DNA from: Octopus sinensis | Lineage: Eukaryota | NCBI RefSeq assembly: GCF_006345805.1 | Contig: NC_043008.1 | Location: 51,212,001-51,276,000, forward strand | Direction: 5' to 3' | DNA length: 64,000 bases | In this document: positions 52,194 to 64,000 of the stretch, piece after piece | Numbering within the stretch: position 1 is the stretch's first letter | Layout: every line of letters begins with the position of its first letter | The notes under the pieces: model-generated | The model's database searches: none | Seen by the model: only the letters and a program-made list of their open reading frames with translations | Told to the model about the DNA's origin: nothing | Translations under genes and position numbers: made by a program

Positions 52194-52402
52194 GTGTGTG
52201 TTTGTATTTGTACTCCCATCATTGCTTGACAACCGATGCTGGTGTGTTTATAGCCCTGTAACTTAGTGGTTCAGCAAAAGAGACCAATACAATAAGTACT
52301 AGGCTTAAAAAGAATAAATACTGGGGTTGATTCATTCAACTAAAGACAGTGCTCCAGCATGGCCACAGTCAAATAACTGAAATGAATAAGAGAACAAGAG
52401 AA
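51990..52402 (+). mobile_element. SINE family A, diverged
   Basis: Colinear with the reference copy. Confidence 0.85.
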
Positions 52403-52611
52403 AATATTCACAGTATACAATGTAAAAGAAGGGCCAGTCATTTCTACAATAGGCACCAGGCCTGAAAATTTGAAGGAGGGAGCAAGTTGATTACATTGAC
52501 CCCAGTAATCAACTGGTATTTATTTTATCGATCGCAAAAGAACGAAAGGCTAAGTCAACTCTGGTGGAATTTGAACTCAGAACATAAAATTGGACAAAAT
52601 GCCACAAAGTA

Positions 52612-52822
52612 TCATCATCATCATCATTTAACGTCCACTTGCCATGATAGCATTGGTTGGACGGTTCGACTGGGGTCTGGGAAGCCAGGAGGCTGCTCCA
52701 GGCCCAGTCTGATCCGGCAGTGTTTCTACAGCTGGATGCCCTTCCTAACACCAACCACTCCGTGAGTGTAGTGGGTGCTTTTTACATGCCAGGTGAGGCT
52801 AGCAACGACCACGATCGGTTGC
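52612..52822 (-). mobile_element. RTE 3'-end fragment
   Basis: Reverse match to the RTE tail. Confidence 0.8.
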
Positions 52823-52856
<34 letters not shown>

Positions 52857-53246
52857 GAGCACTCAGAGAGCACAAACCTCTGCCAAGACAACATCAACAT
52901 CTTCTCAATGATTAGCCAGAGATGACTTTTAAAATGAGAATATCTGAAATAAACTCGACTGCTCTCATAAACGAGAATACTAAAAAGGAACTTGACCACT
53001 CTCAAAAATTAAGTAAAAAAAAAACGGAAAAATAATCCAGAATCTTTGTCCGGTACCAGAGTGATCCCAAAATTTAATGTTTGTGTCAGTCACAAGGTCA
53101 AACAACCATGAAAGTTCCATTCGAATCCATCCAGTGTTTCTTGAGATATCTTGTCCACAAACAAACAAACAGGACTGTAAACAATGCCTTATTATTATTA
53201 TTATTATTACTATTATTATTATTACCTCCACTAAGGCAGAGGTAAT
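52857..53246 (-). mobile_element. DINE/HINE-like non-autonomous rolling-circle element
   Basis: 5' palindrome ATTACCTCTGCCTTAGTGGAGGTAAT, (GTTT)n, 3' subterminal CTTGGCAGAGGT and hairpin GTGCTC-TCT-GAGTGC. Confidence 0.6.
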
Positions 53247-53261
53247 AATAATAATAATAAT

Positions 53262-53590
53262 AATAATTAATTCTTTTATTGGCCACAAGGGCTGACAAAA
53301 ATTAATTATAACATAAAGGGACAAAACACAGGATGAAAGTTACAAAGGGTTTTGTCCGTTTGTAAAAAAAAACGTGTAAAAACAGTGTAACAATGAAAGA
53401 TTATAACAATGAAAAACTTCCATTAGGGAGAGGCGTTACAAAAGGTTCCTGGTGGAAAAACCCATAAAAGCCAACGGGAACCTGGACAAAAATGGGGTAG
53501 AGAGCCCCTTTCTCCTTTTGTAATACCTTTTTAAATTACAGGTGATGATAATGATCTAAAGTTACAAACACATACCTGAGAGCAACAGGT
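53262..53590 (-). mobile_element. Probable second Tx1/L1-type 3' UTR with (ATT)n tail
   Basis: Ends gtcccttt.atg...gcccttgtggccaataaaagaat, like 5960-6000; no coding remnant seen. Confidence 0.45.
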
Positions 53591-54763
53591 GTGTGTGTGT
53601 GTGTTTGTGGGTGCTTTGTGCATGTATGTGTATCAGTGTGTGTGTGTTTAACAGTTTGTGTGGGTGTGTGAGTGTCTATGTGTATGTGTGTCAGTTTATA
53701 TGAGTTTATGTGTGCGTGTCTGTGTGTGTGTGTGTCAAAGCGTGTATGTCATTTTGTGTGTGGCATGCATACATGCATGTGTCTGTGTGCATTTAAGTCT
53801 ATGCATGTGTGTGTATATATATGTGTGTGTGTATATGTGTGCGTGTGTGTGTGTGTGTGTGCATGTGTGTTTATGTCACATATGATGATTCTACCCTCAT
53901 CTCACCCCTATCACCGTCTTCACCGACGTGGTAAGACAAAACCACAATCGCACATACATACCGAAATATACTTGGAAAGCATGTTGTTTTTTCAGGGCGG
54001 TGGGGGAGGGGCAGGAGACAAACAGACAGACATAGAGTGAATGTGTGTGTGTGTGTAAAAGACAGACGGAGATGCACAGACAGACAGGTAGGAGGACAGG
54101 CAGAGATGCAGGCAAGCAAACAGGCAGATGTGGAAGAGAGAGAGAGAGAGAGAGAGTGAGAGAGACTTCAGTGTTTTATGTAATAAAAGACAGAGATGTT
54201 CAACACTATCATACTCATCAGCATCATCAGCTTAATAATAATAATAACAATTAATAATAATAATAATAATAATCATCGGTCATCATCATCATCATCATTA
54301 TGATCATCACTGCCATCAACCTCGTTTTCATTATCATCATCACTGACACCACCACCAACACCACCACCACTACCACCACCACCACTACCACTACCACCAC
54401 CACCACCACCACTACCACCATCATCATTGTCATCAGCTTCATCATCATCATTGTCGCCATCATCATCAATAGTAGCAACATCATACTTATCTAAACATTA
54501 CCTAATCATCATTAGCAGTAGCACCAACATCAAAATAACCACAACACTGTCACCACCACAACATGAACATTGAAAACACCAATGTCACCAGCATCACCAA
54601 CCATCACGAGAAAGCCACATTTGCACCACCACTCCCTCTACCACCCAAAACACATCAACTCTACCACCACCACCATAACACTCACACATATATATATACT
54701 ACAATGTCCAATATACAAAAGTAGGTATACATTTGCTTGGTATGGGCAAGCTGGTATGGGCAA

Positions 54764-54996
54764 GGCGGCAAGCTGGCAGAAACGTTAGCACGCCGGGCGA
54801 AATGCTTAGCTGTATTTTGTTTGCGTTACGTTGTAAGTTCAAATTCCGCCGAGGTCGACTTTGCCTTTCATCATTTCGGGGTCGATAAATTAAGTACCAG
54901 TTACACACTGGGGTCGATGTAATCGACTTAATACCTATTGTCTGTCCTTGTTTGTCCCCTCTGTGTTTAGCCCCTTGTGGGTAGTAAAGAAATAGG
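54764..54996 (+). mobile_element. SINE family B, tail type 1
   Basis: Full consensus; flanks ggtatgggcaa / ggtttgggcaa. Confidence 0.9.
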
Positions 54997-55550
54997 TTTG
55001 GGCAAAAGTAGGTATTCAGTTGCTTGCTACGAGTGGACTGCTCTTTTAATTGAGGCAAATATATACCTACTTTTGCCCACACCTGTACCCTACGCAACCA
55101 CTACCTTCCCCACTGTCACTAACGTCAGCCTAAGCTACATACCCAGATATATATATGTGTGGCCATGCTGGAGCACTGCCTTGAATTGTTTTAGTCGAAG
55201 AAATTGACCCCAGATCTTATTCTTTGTAAGTCTAGTACTTATTATATTGATCCCCATTGCCAAACTGCTAAGTTACAGGAACCTAAGCACAGCAACATTG
55301 ATTGTGGTGGGAGACAAACACAGACACAAAGACACACACACACACATACACACACACACACACATACATACTTTGAGATTTAAATTTAGCAATTTACATA
55401 ATTTCTGTTAGATTATTTACTTAGGATTAAGCTCACTCTCAAAAAATGCTTTTTTTGGAAAGTGTTAGCAATTATAAATATTTTCAGTTGCTATTTTTCC
55501 TGAAATATTTAGGAAGATATGTTGATTTGATGAAACCTCAAAATATTTAA

Positions 55551-55772
55551 CCCTTTCGTTACCAACCCGGTTGAAACCGGCTCTAGCTCTTTAGGACAAA
55601 TGTCTTGTTTTCGTAAGTTTTGAATTAAAATCTTCCAACAAACCTTAGTCACAATTTATGTTCCTAACACCAGCTGAATGATAACTAAGTTATTTTACTA
55701 AATTCTTTGTTATATTTGAAATTAATTGAAAGAAACACAGAGCATCTCAAAAGAAATACAGTAACGAAAGGG
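55551..55772. mobile_element. piggyBac-type MITE
   Basis: TTAA TSD on both sides; perfect 12-bp TIR CCCTTTCGTTAC / GTAACGAAAGGG. Confidence 0.9.
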
Positions 55773-56121
55773 TTAAACAGGATTTTATTATTCTTGAAAA
55801 ACTCGGTTTTATTAATGAAGATGAAACAGCTATAATTTATGAGATGTGTCATTTGTTTGTATAAAATAATTAAACTGAATTGAATTTATCATTTAATGAT
55901 TAAATTATTTAATTGTTCAATTTATTGTTTTGGTTTCCATTTCTAATTTATATTTATATTTTGATAAACTGTACGTTTATTACATTTATTCATATATTTA
56001 AGAGCGATACTTCATAACATTGTTATTGACATAGGTAATAAAAACCAATAAATTCTTCAGATATTAAACATCCCTTAAGTAGTTAATACCTAGCTAAATT
56101 GTGATATATAAATATATATAT

Positions 56122-56339
56122 CAGTGGTTTTCAACCAGGGTCCATGGAACCTTAGGGTTCCGCCAGTACAGTCCAGGGGTTCCGCAAGAAGTTACAAAAC
56201 TGCTAAAATCGGCAGTAATTTAAAATTCTCCTGTGCAGATATGTGTGCATAAGACTATTAAATTATTGCACAGGGGTTCCTCAAGCCAGTGGAATGTTTC
56301 CTTGGGGTTCCGCTCCAGCAAAAAGTTTGAAAAGCACTG
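56122..56339. mobile_element. hAT-type MITE in (TA)n
   Basis: TIR CAGTGGTTTTCAACC / GTTTGAAAAGCACTG; 8-bp ATATATAT flanks. Confidence 0.85.
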
Positions 56340-56496
56340 ATATATATATATGACAAGCTTCTTTCAGTTTCCATCTACCAAATCCACTCGCAAGGCTTCG
56401 GTTGGCCAGAGGCTGTAGCAGAGGACACTTACCCAAAGTGCCATGGAGTGGGACTGAACCTGAAACCTGTCTCATACACACACACATATATATATA

Positions 56497-56709
56497 CAGG
56501 GTGTGGCAGAAGTAACACCCTTTTGTATTTAAGTCTTCTAGTTTCCGATGGAGTTTCTATGTTATTTCCGTGAATTTTTCCATTAGTTTATTATTTGTTT
56601 CTTTAAGTAATGCAATAAATTTGTGTTCAATAAAAAATTTACTTAAAAAACATTTATACACTATAAAAGTTATTAAATTCAAAAAGAGTGTTACTTCTGC
56701 AGCACCCTG
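56497..56709. mobile_element. Tc1/mariner-type MITE
   Basis: TA flanks; ~24-bp TIR CAGGGTG(TG/CT)GCAGAAGTAACAC(C/T)C. Confidence 0.85.
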
Positions 56710-56889
56710 TATATATATCATCATCATCATCATCATCATCATCATTTAGCGTCCGTTTTCCATGCTAGCATGGGTTGGACGGTTCAACTGGGGTCTGGGG
56801 AGCCCGAAGGCTGCACCAGGCCAGTCAGATCTGGCAGTGTTTCTACAGCTGGATGCCCTTCCTAACGCCAACCACTCCGAGAGTGTAGT

Positions 56890-58500
56890 GGGTGATTTTA
56901 TGTGCCACCGACACAGGTGCCAGACGAGGCTGGCGAACGGCCACGCTCGGATGGTGTTTTTATGTGCCATGTGCCACCGACACAGGTGCCAGACGAGGCT
57001 GGCAGACAGCCACGCTCGGATGGTGTTTTTATGTGCCACCGCCGACAGGTGCCAGATGAGGCTGGCAGGTGCCAGACGAGGCTGGCAGACGGCCACGCTC
57101 GGATGGTGTTTTTATGTGCCACCGACACAGGTGCCAGATGAGGCTGGCGGACGGCCACGATCGGATGGTGTTTGTTACATCCCCAAAGCACGGAGGCCAG
57201 TCTATGCGGTACTGGCTACGGCCACGTTCGGATGATTTTCTTGTGTGCCACCGGCACTGGTACCACAAAGATACAAATTCCATTTATGCTCATCTATTTT
57301 GATTTGTTTTGATTTGATTTGATTTTCACTTGCCTCAACAGGTCTTCACAAGTGTCACAAGAAGGAAGGTATGCACAGGTGGACTGTCTACGTCGCCGGG
57401 TCTTCGGATGGTGTCTTTATGTGCCACCGACACAGGTGCCAGATGTGGCTGGCGAACGGCCACGATCGGATGGTTTTCTTGTGTGCCACCGGTACTGGAA
57501 CCACAAAGATACAAATTCCATTGATGTTCATCTATTTTGATTTGGTTTGATTTTGATTTTCACTTGCCTCAACAGGTCTTCACAAGTGTCACGCGTGTCC
57601 TTGTGTGCCACCGGTACTGGAACCACAAAGATACAAATTCCATTGATGTTCATCTATTTTGATTTGGTTTGATTTTCACTTGCCTCAACAGGTCTCCACA
57701 AGTGTCACACACTTGCCTCTGCCTCAACAGGTCTTCACAAAGTGTCACACACTTGCCTCTGCCTCAACAGGTCTTCACAAGTGTCATAAGAGGGAAGGTA
57801 TGCACAGGTGGACTGACTACGTCGCCGGGTCTTTGGATGGTGTTTTTATGTGCCACCGACACAGGTGCCAGGTGAGGCTGGCGAACGGCCACGATCAGAT
57901 GGTGTTTGTTGTGCCCACAGCCCACAGCACGGAGCCAGTCGATGCGGTACCAGCTACGGCCACTTCGGATGGTTTTCTTGTTGTGTGCCACCGGTACTGG
58001 AACCACAAAGATACAAATTCCATTGATATTCATCTATTTTGATTTGGTTTGATTTTTGATTTTTGATTTTCACTTGCCTCAACAGGTCTTCACAAGTGTC
58101 ACACACATGCCTCAACAGGTCTTCACAAGTGTCATAAGAGGGAAGGTATGCACAGGTGGACTGACTACGTCGCCGGGTCTTCGGATGGTGTCTTTATGTG
58201 CCACCGGCACAGGTGCCAGATGAGGCTGGCGAACGGCCACGATCGGATGGTGTTTGTTGTGCCCACAGCACGGAGGCCAGTCGATGCGGTACTGGTTACG
58301 GCCACGTTTGGGTGGTTTTCTTGTGTGCCACCGGCACTGGTACCACAAGAATACAATTCCACTGATGTTCATCTATTTTGATTTGTTTTGATTTGATTTG
58401 ATTTTCACTTGCTCTCTCAACAGGTCTTCATAAGTGTCACAAGAAGGAAGGTATGCACAGGACTGACTACGTCCCAGGTCGGGCCAGTCGGGGCCACGGG
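56890..58500 (-). repeat. Tandemly duplicated modules within the RTE 3' UTR
   Basis: ~60-bp gtgccaccgacacaggtgccaga module repeated about 7-8 times; ~105-bp ccacaaagatacaaattcc module about 5 times. Confidence 0.9.
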
Positions 58501-58511
58501 TTATGGCCTGA

Positions 58512-61500
58512 CTAGTCTTGCCGGGTCTTCTCATGCACAGCATACTTCCATAGGTCTCGGTCTCTAGACATTTCCTTAGTGAGACCTAAAGTTCGAAGGT
58601 CGTGCTTCACCACCTCGTCCCAGGTTTTCCTGGGTCTACCTCTTCCACAGGTTCCCTCCACTGCTAGGGTGTAGCACTTTTGCACACAACTATCTTCAGC
58701 CTTTCTTGTCACATGACCATACCAGCGCAGCCGTCTCTCTTGCACGCCACAACTGACGCTTCTTAGGTTCAGCTTTTCTCTCAAGGAACTTACACTCTGA
58801 CGATTATGAACACTGACATTACACATCCATCGGAGCATACTGGCTTCATTTCTTGCGAGCTTACGCATATCCTCAGCAGTCACGGCCCATGTTTCACTAC
58901 CATGTAGCATGGCTGTACGTACACATGCATCATACAGTCTGCCTTTTACTCTGAGCGAGAGGCCTTTTGTCACCAGCAGGGGTAAGAGCTCTCTAAACTT
59001 TGCCCAGGCTATTCTTACTCTAGCAGTTACACTTTCAGCACACCCACCCCCGCTACTGACTTGGTCTCCTAGGTAGCGGAAGCTATCAACTACTTCTAGT
59101 TTGTCTCCCTGGAACGTGGCAGAAGTTGGTCTCTGCATATTTCCAGTGTTTATTGCTCCTGAGCATTTGCCACAGACAAAAACTATTTTCCTAGTTAGCC
59201 TTCCTTTGACATTGCTGCACCTCTTATGTGTCCATAGCTTACACTTGGTGCATCTTATAGAGTTTCTACCTACACCTTTTTTACAGATCGAGCAGGGCCA
59301 TCTACCTGAAGGCGTTTGTGATTGATCTACCTTCCTACTTATTAGAACTTTGGTTTTGGCTAGGTTGATTCTAAGGCCCTTCGATTCTAATCCTTGTTTC
59401 CACACCTGGAACTTCTCCTCCAGTTCTGATAGTGACTCAGCAATTAGAGCAAGGTCATCAGCATAGAGGAGCTCCCAGGGGCAACCTGTCTTGAATTCCT
59501 CCGTTATTGCCTGGAGGACTATGATAAATAGGAGGGGACTGAGGACTGAACCTTGGTGGACCCCAACCTCTACCCGGAATTCTTCACTGTACTCGTTGCC
59601 CACCCTCACCTTACTAGCAGCGTCTCTGTACATGGCTTGCACAGCTCTCACCAACCATTCTTCTATCCCTAGTTTCCTCATTGACCACCAGATAAGGGAC
59701 CGGGGGACCCTGTCAAAGGCTTTCTCCAAGTCAACAAAAGCCAGGTACAAGGGCTTATCTTTGGCTAGGTATTTCTCCTGCAGCTGTCTTACCAGGAATA
59801 TAGCATCAGTAGTACTTTTCCCTGGCACGAACCCAAACTGCATATCATCTAAGGTAACTCTCTCTCTAATTAGTTCGGCTACAACCCTCTCCGTAACCTT
59901 CATTACCTGATCCAGCAGCTTGATGCCCCTGTAGTTATTTGTCTCTAGGGCGTCGCCTTTACCTTTGTAGCAGTTGACTATTATGCTGCTACACCAGTCA
60001 TTGGGTATGACCCCCTCGTGTATCACCTGGTTAACTATACGGGTGACTAAGCTATAGCCGACACCACCAGATATTTTGAGCATCTCTGCAGTAATTCCTG
60101 ATGGGCCTGGGGCTTTCCCTGTTTTCATGCTTCTAATTGCCTTATCTACTAAGGAACTGTTAACTCGGATTGCTGGTCCCTCTGTTGGGTCGACATTCGG
60201 CAGACTCTCTTTATCCCATTCATTTTCTTCATTCAGCAACCTATCATAGTGGCGTCTCCAAGTCTCTCTCTTTGCACCCTCATTAAGTGCAAGTGAACCG
60301 TCCTCCTTGCGAACACATTTCTCTCCTACCACGTCACGATTCTCTCTCACACACTGTCTTGCAACACGAAATACCTCAAGTCTTTCATCCTCACGACGCA
60401 GGACATTGGCAATTTTTCCTTCTCTGCTTCCCCTCTGGCTAGATAGACCTGTCTCCTGGCTTCCCTTCTGGCAGACTGATACACTTCCCTGCTACCACCG
60501 TTCTTCCAGGCCTTCCAAGCCTGTTTCTTTTGTCTAATAGCCCTGTCAACAATATTGTTCCACCACCACGTTATTTTGGGTCTTAAGGGGACTTTGCACC
60601 AGCCACAGATCTGGTCAGCGGCTTTCAGCAGGTTGTCCCTCAGAAGCGTCCAGTTGTCTTCTACCCCATGCGTAGCTATACTCCCTTCCATTTCGTCTAA
60701 AGCTTCAAATAACATATCTCTAAATCTCTGTCCATTCGCAGGGTCTTTAAGCTTCCAGACCCTTCTTCTCCATGTTGGTCGTCTTCTAGTCGCCCTCTTA
60801 GTCCTGATCCTAAAGTCACTAACTACCAGTCTATGTTGTGGGGTGTGCATTCTTCACTTGGGAAGGTTTTGGCATTTATAAGCAGCCATCTTTCCCTTTT
60901 TCTGGCAAGGATGTAGTCGATTTGGCTAGTATGCCGGCCCGATCGGTAGGTGACCAGGTGGCTTGTCGGTTTCCTGAAGTTAGTGTTGCAAATCATAAGA
61001 CTATTCGCATCGCAGAACTCCAGCAGCCTGGTTCCCTCCTCGTTGCGGGAACCATAACCGTAGCCTCCATGCACGCCATGGAAGCCCCCAGCACGTCGTC
61101 CAACATGCCCATTGAAGTCACCAGCCACAAAGAGAAGGTCCCTGTCGTTCGTCAATGATGTGGTCTGCAGTAGGGTGTCATAGAAACAGTCTTTCTGTCC
61201 ATCAGGTAGCCCTGGCTGAGGGGCATAGGCCGATATAATAGTTGCTAAACTATGGTGGAGCACTAATCTAATCTTAATTATCTGTCACTTACTCTGACTA
61301 CCTCGATTACCTTATCTACCCATTTTTCGGCGATAAGCATGCCCACACCCCGACTCCGTCAGTATTCCCAGCCCAGAAAATCTTGTACCTCTGTCCTTTG
61401 CCTGTGAGGAACCTAGCAGAACCTCCTCTCCACCTCACTTCTTGAATGCAGCATATATCAACCCACCTCCGTTCAAGCAATTCAACTATCTCGCCAGATC

Positions 61501-61690
61501 TGCCTTTCAGTGTGCCGACGTTGAGGGTGCCAACCCTGAGGCTGTGGGTGGGGGTGGAAGTGGTATTGGTCCTAATAGCGTCATGTACCTGAAAAGAAAA
61601 CTCGCGTTTGGCAGTATTCATAGACAAACAATGGAACTTAAGTTCAAACCTCGTATACAACACTAAACATATCTTGCAATGACTGAACAC
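58512..61690 (-). pseudogene. RTE APE endonuclease + reverse transcriptase ORF broken by four short indels (~61349, ~61281, ~60845, ~60412)
   Basis: GTLNVGTL, CIQEVRW, SAYAPQ, GDFNGHVG, SQIDYIL; NYRGIKLL, QFGF..STTDAI, AFVDLEKAFD, GVHQGSVLSPLLF, YADD, FRYLG. Segments join without in-frame stops. Confidence 0.9.
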
Positions 61691-61820
61691 TACCTTTTAT
61701 GGAAGGAGGTGGGGGTGGCGTAAGACTTTGAGTGTATAAGGGAGACAAGGATGAGAAAAATTTAGGACTTCCTGTACCGGTGGTGGGGGTGGGAGGGCGG
61801 GTGCACCGCGAAAACCGGGC

Positions 61821-64000
61821 TAGTAGCTATAAATAAATACCTAAATTTTGCCTAACCTATGGGAGAAGCGTGGACGATAAGGAGCTATAAATTATAAATA
61901 CATTTATTCTATATCTACGAGGCGTGAGACTGATCGATAAAATAAAATAAAATTAGGGGCAAGCTTTAAGATTAAATATATATTTAACACAAGACATGAG
62001 ACAACGATATATAATTAAGATGAACTATAGAATTAGAATTATATGTACATATAAAAAGACACAAGGCGTGAGGCTAAATTTCACAAGTCATAACAATAAT
62101 ACTAATAGAGATAAAACAGGGCTAACTAAAAGATCAGATCAGTTGCAGATAGTTAAGTAGGTACACGGGTTGAAATTAAATATAGATTGCTTAGCTTGGA
62201 TTCATATTTCGTATTTCGTATTTTCGTAGGGAGTCGGATACCAGTCTGAATTCAAGTGAGGCCGTTGAAATCAGTCGCTGGTTTATATGCATATAGGGTG
62301 GCAGAGAAAGGGGGGGGGCGAATGGCGATCGAAAGAGATATAAGACAATTGAAGAGGAACGGGGGGGTCGTGGCCCACCAAGAATCGGCCGGCAGCCATT
62401 TCTTCCTTCCTTGGGAGAGAAATAGTTATTAGTAGCTATAAATAAATACCTAAATTTTGCCTAACCTATGGGAGAAGCGTGGACGATAAGGAGCTATAAA
62501 TTATAAATACATTTATTCTATATCTACGAGGCGTGAGACTGATCGATAAAATAAAATAAAATTAGGGGCAAGCTTTAAGATTAAATATATATTTAACACA
62601 AGACATGAGACAACGATATATAATTAAGATGAACTATGGAATTAGAATTATATGTACATATAAAAAAGACACAAGGCGTGAGGCTAAATTTCACAAGTCA
62701 TAACAATAATACTAATAGAGATAAAACAGGGCTAACTAAAAGATCAGATCAGTTGCAGATAGTTAAGTAGGTACACGGGTTGAAATTAAATATAGATTGC
62801 TTAGCTTGGATTCATATTTCGTATTTCGTATTTTCGTAGGGAGTCGGATACCAGTCTGAATTCAAGTGAGGCCGTTGAAATCAGTCGCTGGTTTATATGC
62901 ATATAGGGTGGCAGAGAAAGGGGGGGGGGCGAATGGCGATCGAAAGAGATATAAGACAATTGAAGAGGAACGGGGGGGTCGTGGCCCACCAAGAATCGGC
63001 CGGCAGCCATTTCTTCCTTCCTTGGGAGAGAAATAGTTATTAGTAGCTATAAATAAATACCTAAATTTTGCCTAACCTATGGGAGAAGCGTGGACGATAA
63101 GGAGCTATAAATTATAAATACATTTATTCTATATCTACGAGGCGTGAGACTGATCGATAAAATAAAATAAAATTAGGGGCAAGCTTTAAGATTAAATATA
63201 TATTTAACACAAGACATGAGACAACGATATATAATTAAGATGAACTATGGAATTAGAATTATATGTACATATAAAAAGACACAAGGCGTGAGGCTAAATT
63301 TCACAAGTCATAACAATAATACTAATAGAGATAAAACAGGGCTAACTAAAAGATCAGATCAGTTGCAGATAGTTAAGTAGGTACACGGGTTGAAATTAAA
63401 TATAGATTGCTTAGCTTGGATTCATATTTCGTATTTCGTATTTTCGTAGGGAGTCGGATACCAGTCTGAATTCAAGTGAGGCCGTTGAAATCAGTCGCTG
63501 GTTTATATGCATATAGGGTGGCAGAGAAAGGGGGGGGGGCGAATGGCGATCGAAAGAGATATAAGACAATTGAAGAGGAACGGGGGGGTCGTGGCCCACC
63601 AAGAATCGGCCGGCAGCCATTTCTTCCTTCCTTGGGAGAGAAATAGTTATTAGTAGCTATAAATAATACCTAAATTTTGCCTAACCTATGGGAGAAGCGT
63701 GGACGATAAGGAGCTATAAATTATAAATACATTTATTCTATATCTACGAGGCGTGAGACTGATCGATAAAATAAAATAAAATTAGGGGCAAGCTTTAAGA
63801 TTAAATATATATTTAACACAAGACATGAGACAACGATATATAATTAAGATGAACTATGGAATTAGAATTATATGTACATATAAAAAAGACACAAGGCGTG
63901 AGGCTAAATTTCACAAGTCATAACAATAATACTAATAGAGATAAAACAGGGCTAACTAAAAGATCAGATCAGTTGCAGATAGTTAAGTAGGTACACGGGT
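61821..64000. repeat. ~610-bp tandem array, 3.6 near-identical units, continues past the window end
   Basis: Units start at 61821, 62430, 63041 and 63651; differences are mostly homopolymer length. Confidence 0.97.

Larger units (their letters stand above)
56718..61820 (-). mobile_element. Near-full-length RTE-clade LINE
   Basis: Short GC-rich 5' UTR, single APE+RT reading region, expanded 3' UTR, (GAT)n tail. Confidence 0.92.

Noticed and set aside
56890-58500. CRISPR-like repeat array
   Set aside because: Eukaryotic LINE UTR; the intervening sequences are themselves repeated, not unique spacers.
61780-61825. HDV-like ribozyme or Helitron 3' end (CTAG|T) at the RTE 5' junction
   Set aside because: Could not build the HDV double pseudoknot by eye; the hairpin before CTAG has only 4 bp.
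62801-63620. Duplicated 69-aa ORF MAAGRFLV...
   Set aside because: Short, no recognisable motif; repeats only because the 610-bp unit repeats.

Overview
No host gene is visible in this window. It is an AT-rich animal intergenic or intronic region made almost entirely of microsatellites and transposable elements. The SINE families and the extreme (TA)n/(CA)n/(CAT)n density suggest an octopod cephalopod (inference). Nearly all ORFs in the track are microsatellite artefacts. Supported content: (1) a near-full-length RTE-clade LINE on the minus strand (56718-61820; APE + RT, four short indels, a PHD-like Cys cluster inside the RT region, tandemly expanded 3' UTR), whose 5' end abuts a ~610-bp tandem array that runs off the window; (2) fossils of Tx1/L1, R4/Dong-like, CR1/L2-like and other RTE LINEs; (3) two tRNA-headed SINE families (about 20 and 14 copies); (4) DD37D maT, mariner and pogo fossils, piggyBac, hAT and Tc1-type MITEs, a non-autonomous Helitron and a DINE/HINE-like element; (5) a 100-N gap. 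The most notable signal is a set of minimal type I hammerhead ribozyme motifs in short, non-coding, (TA)n-anchored repeats with terminal-repeat or fold-back architecture. The best case is a core-intact hammerhead at 16412-16459 with an inverted twin at 15856-15903. Others lie at ~20490, ~30960, ~10100 and ~24970. Together they look like several families of non-autonomous Penelope-like/retrozyme-like retroelements. All family assignments were made by eye, without database searches.
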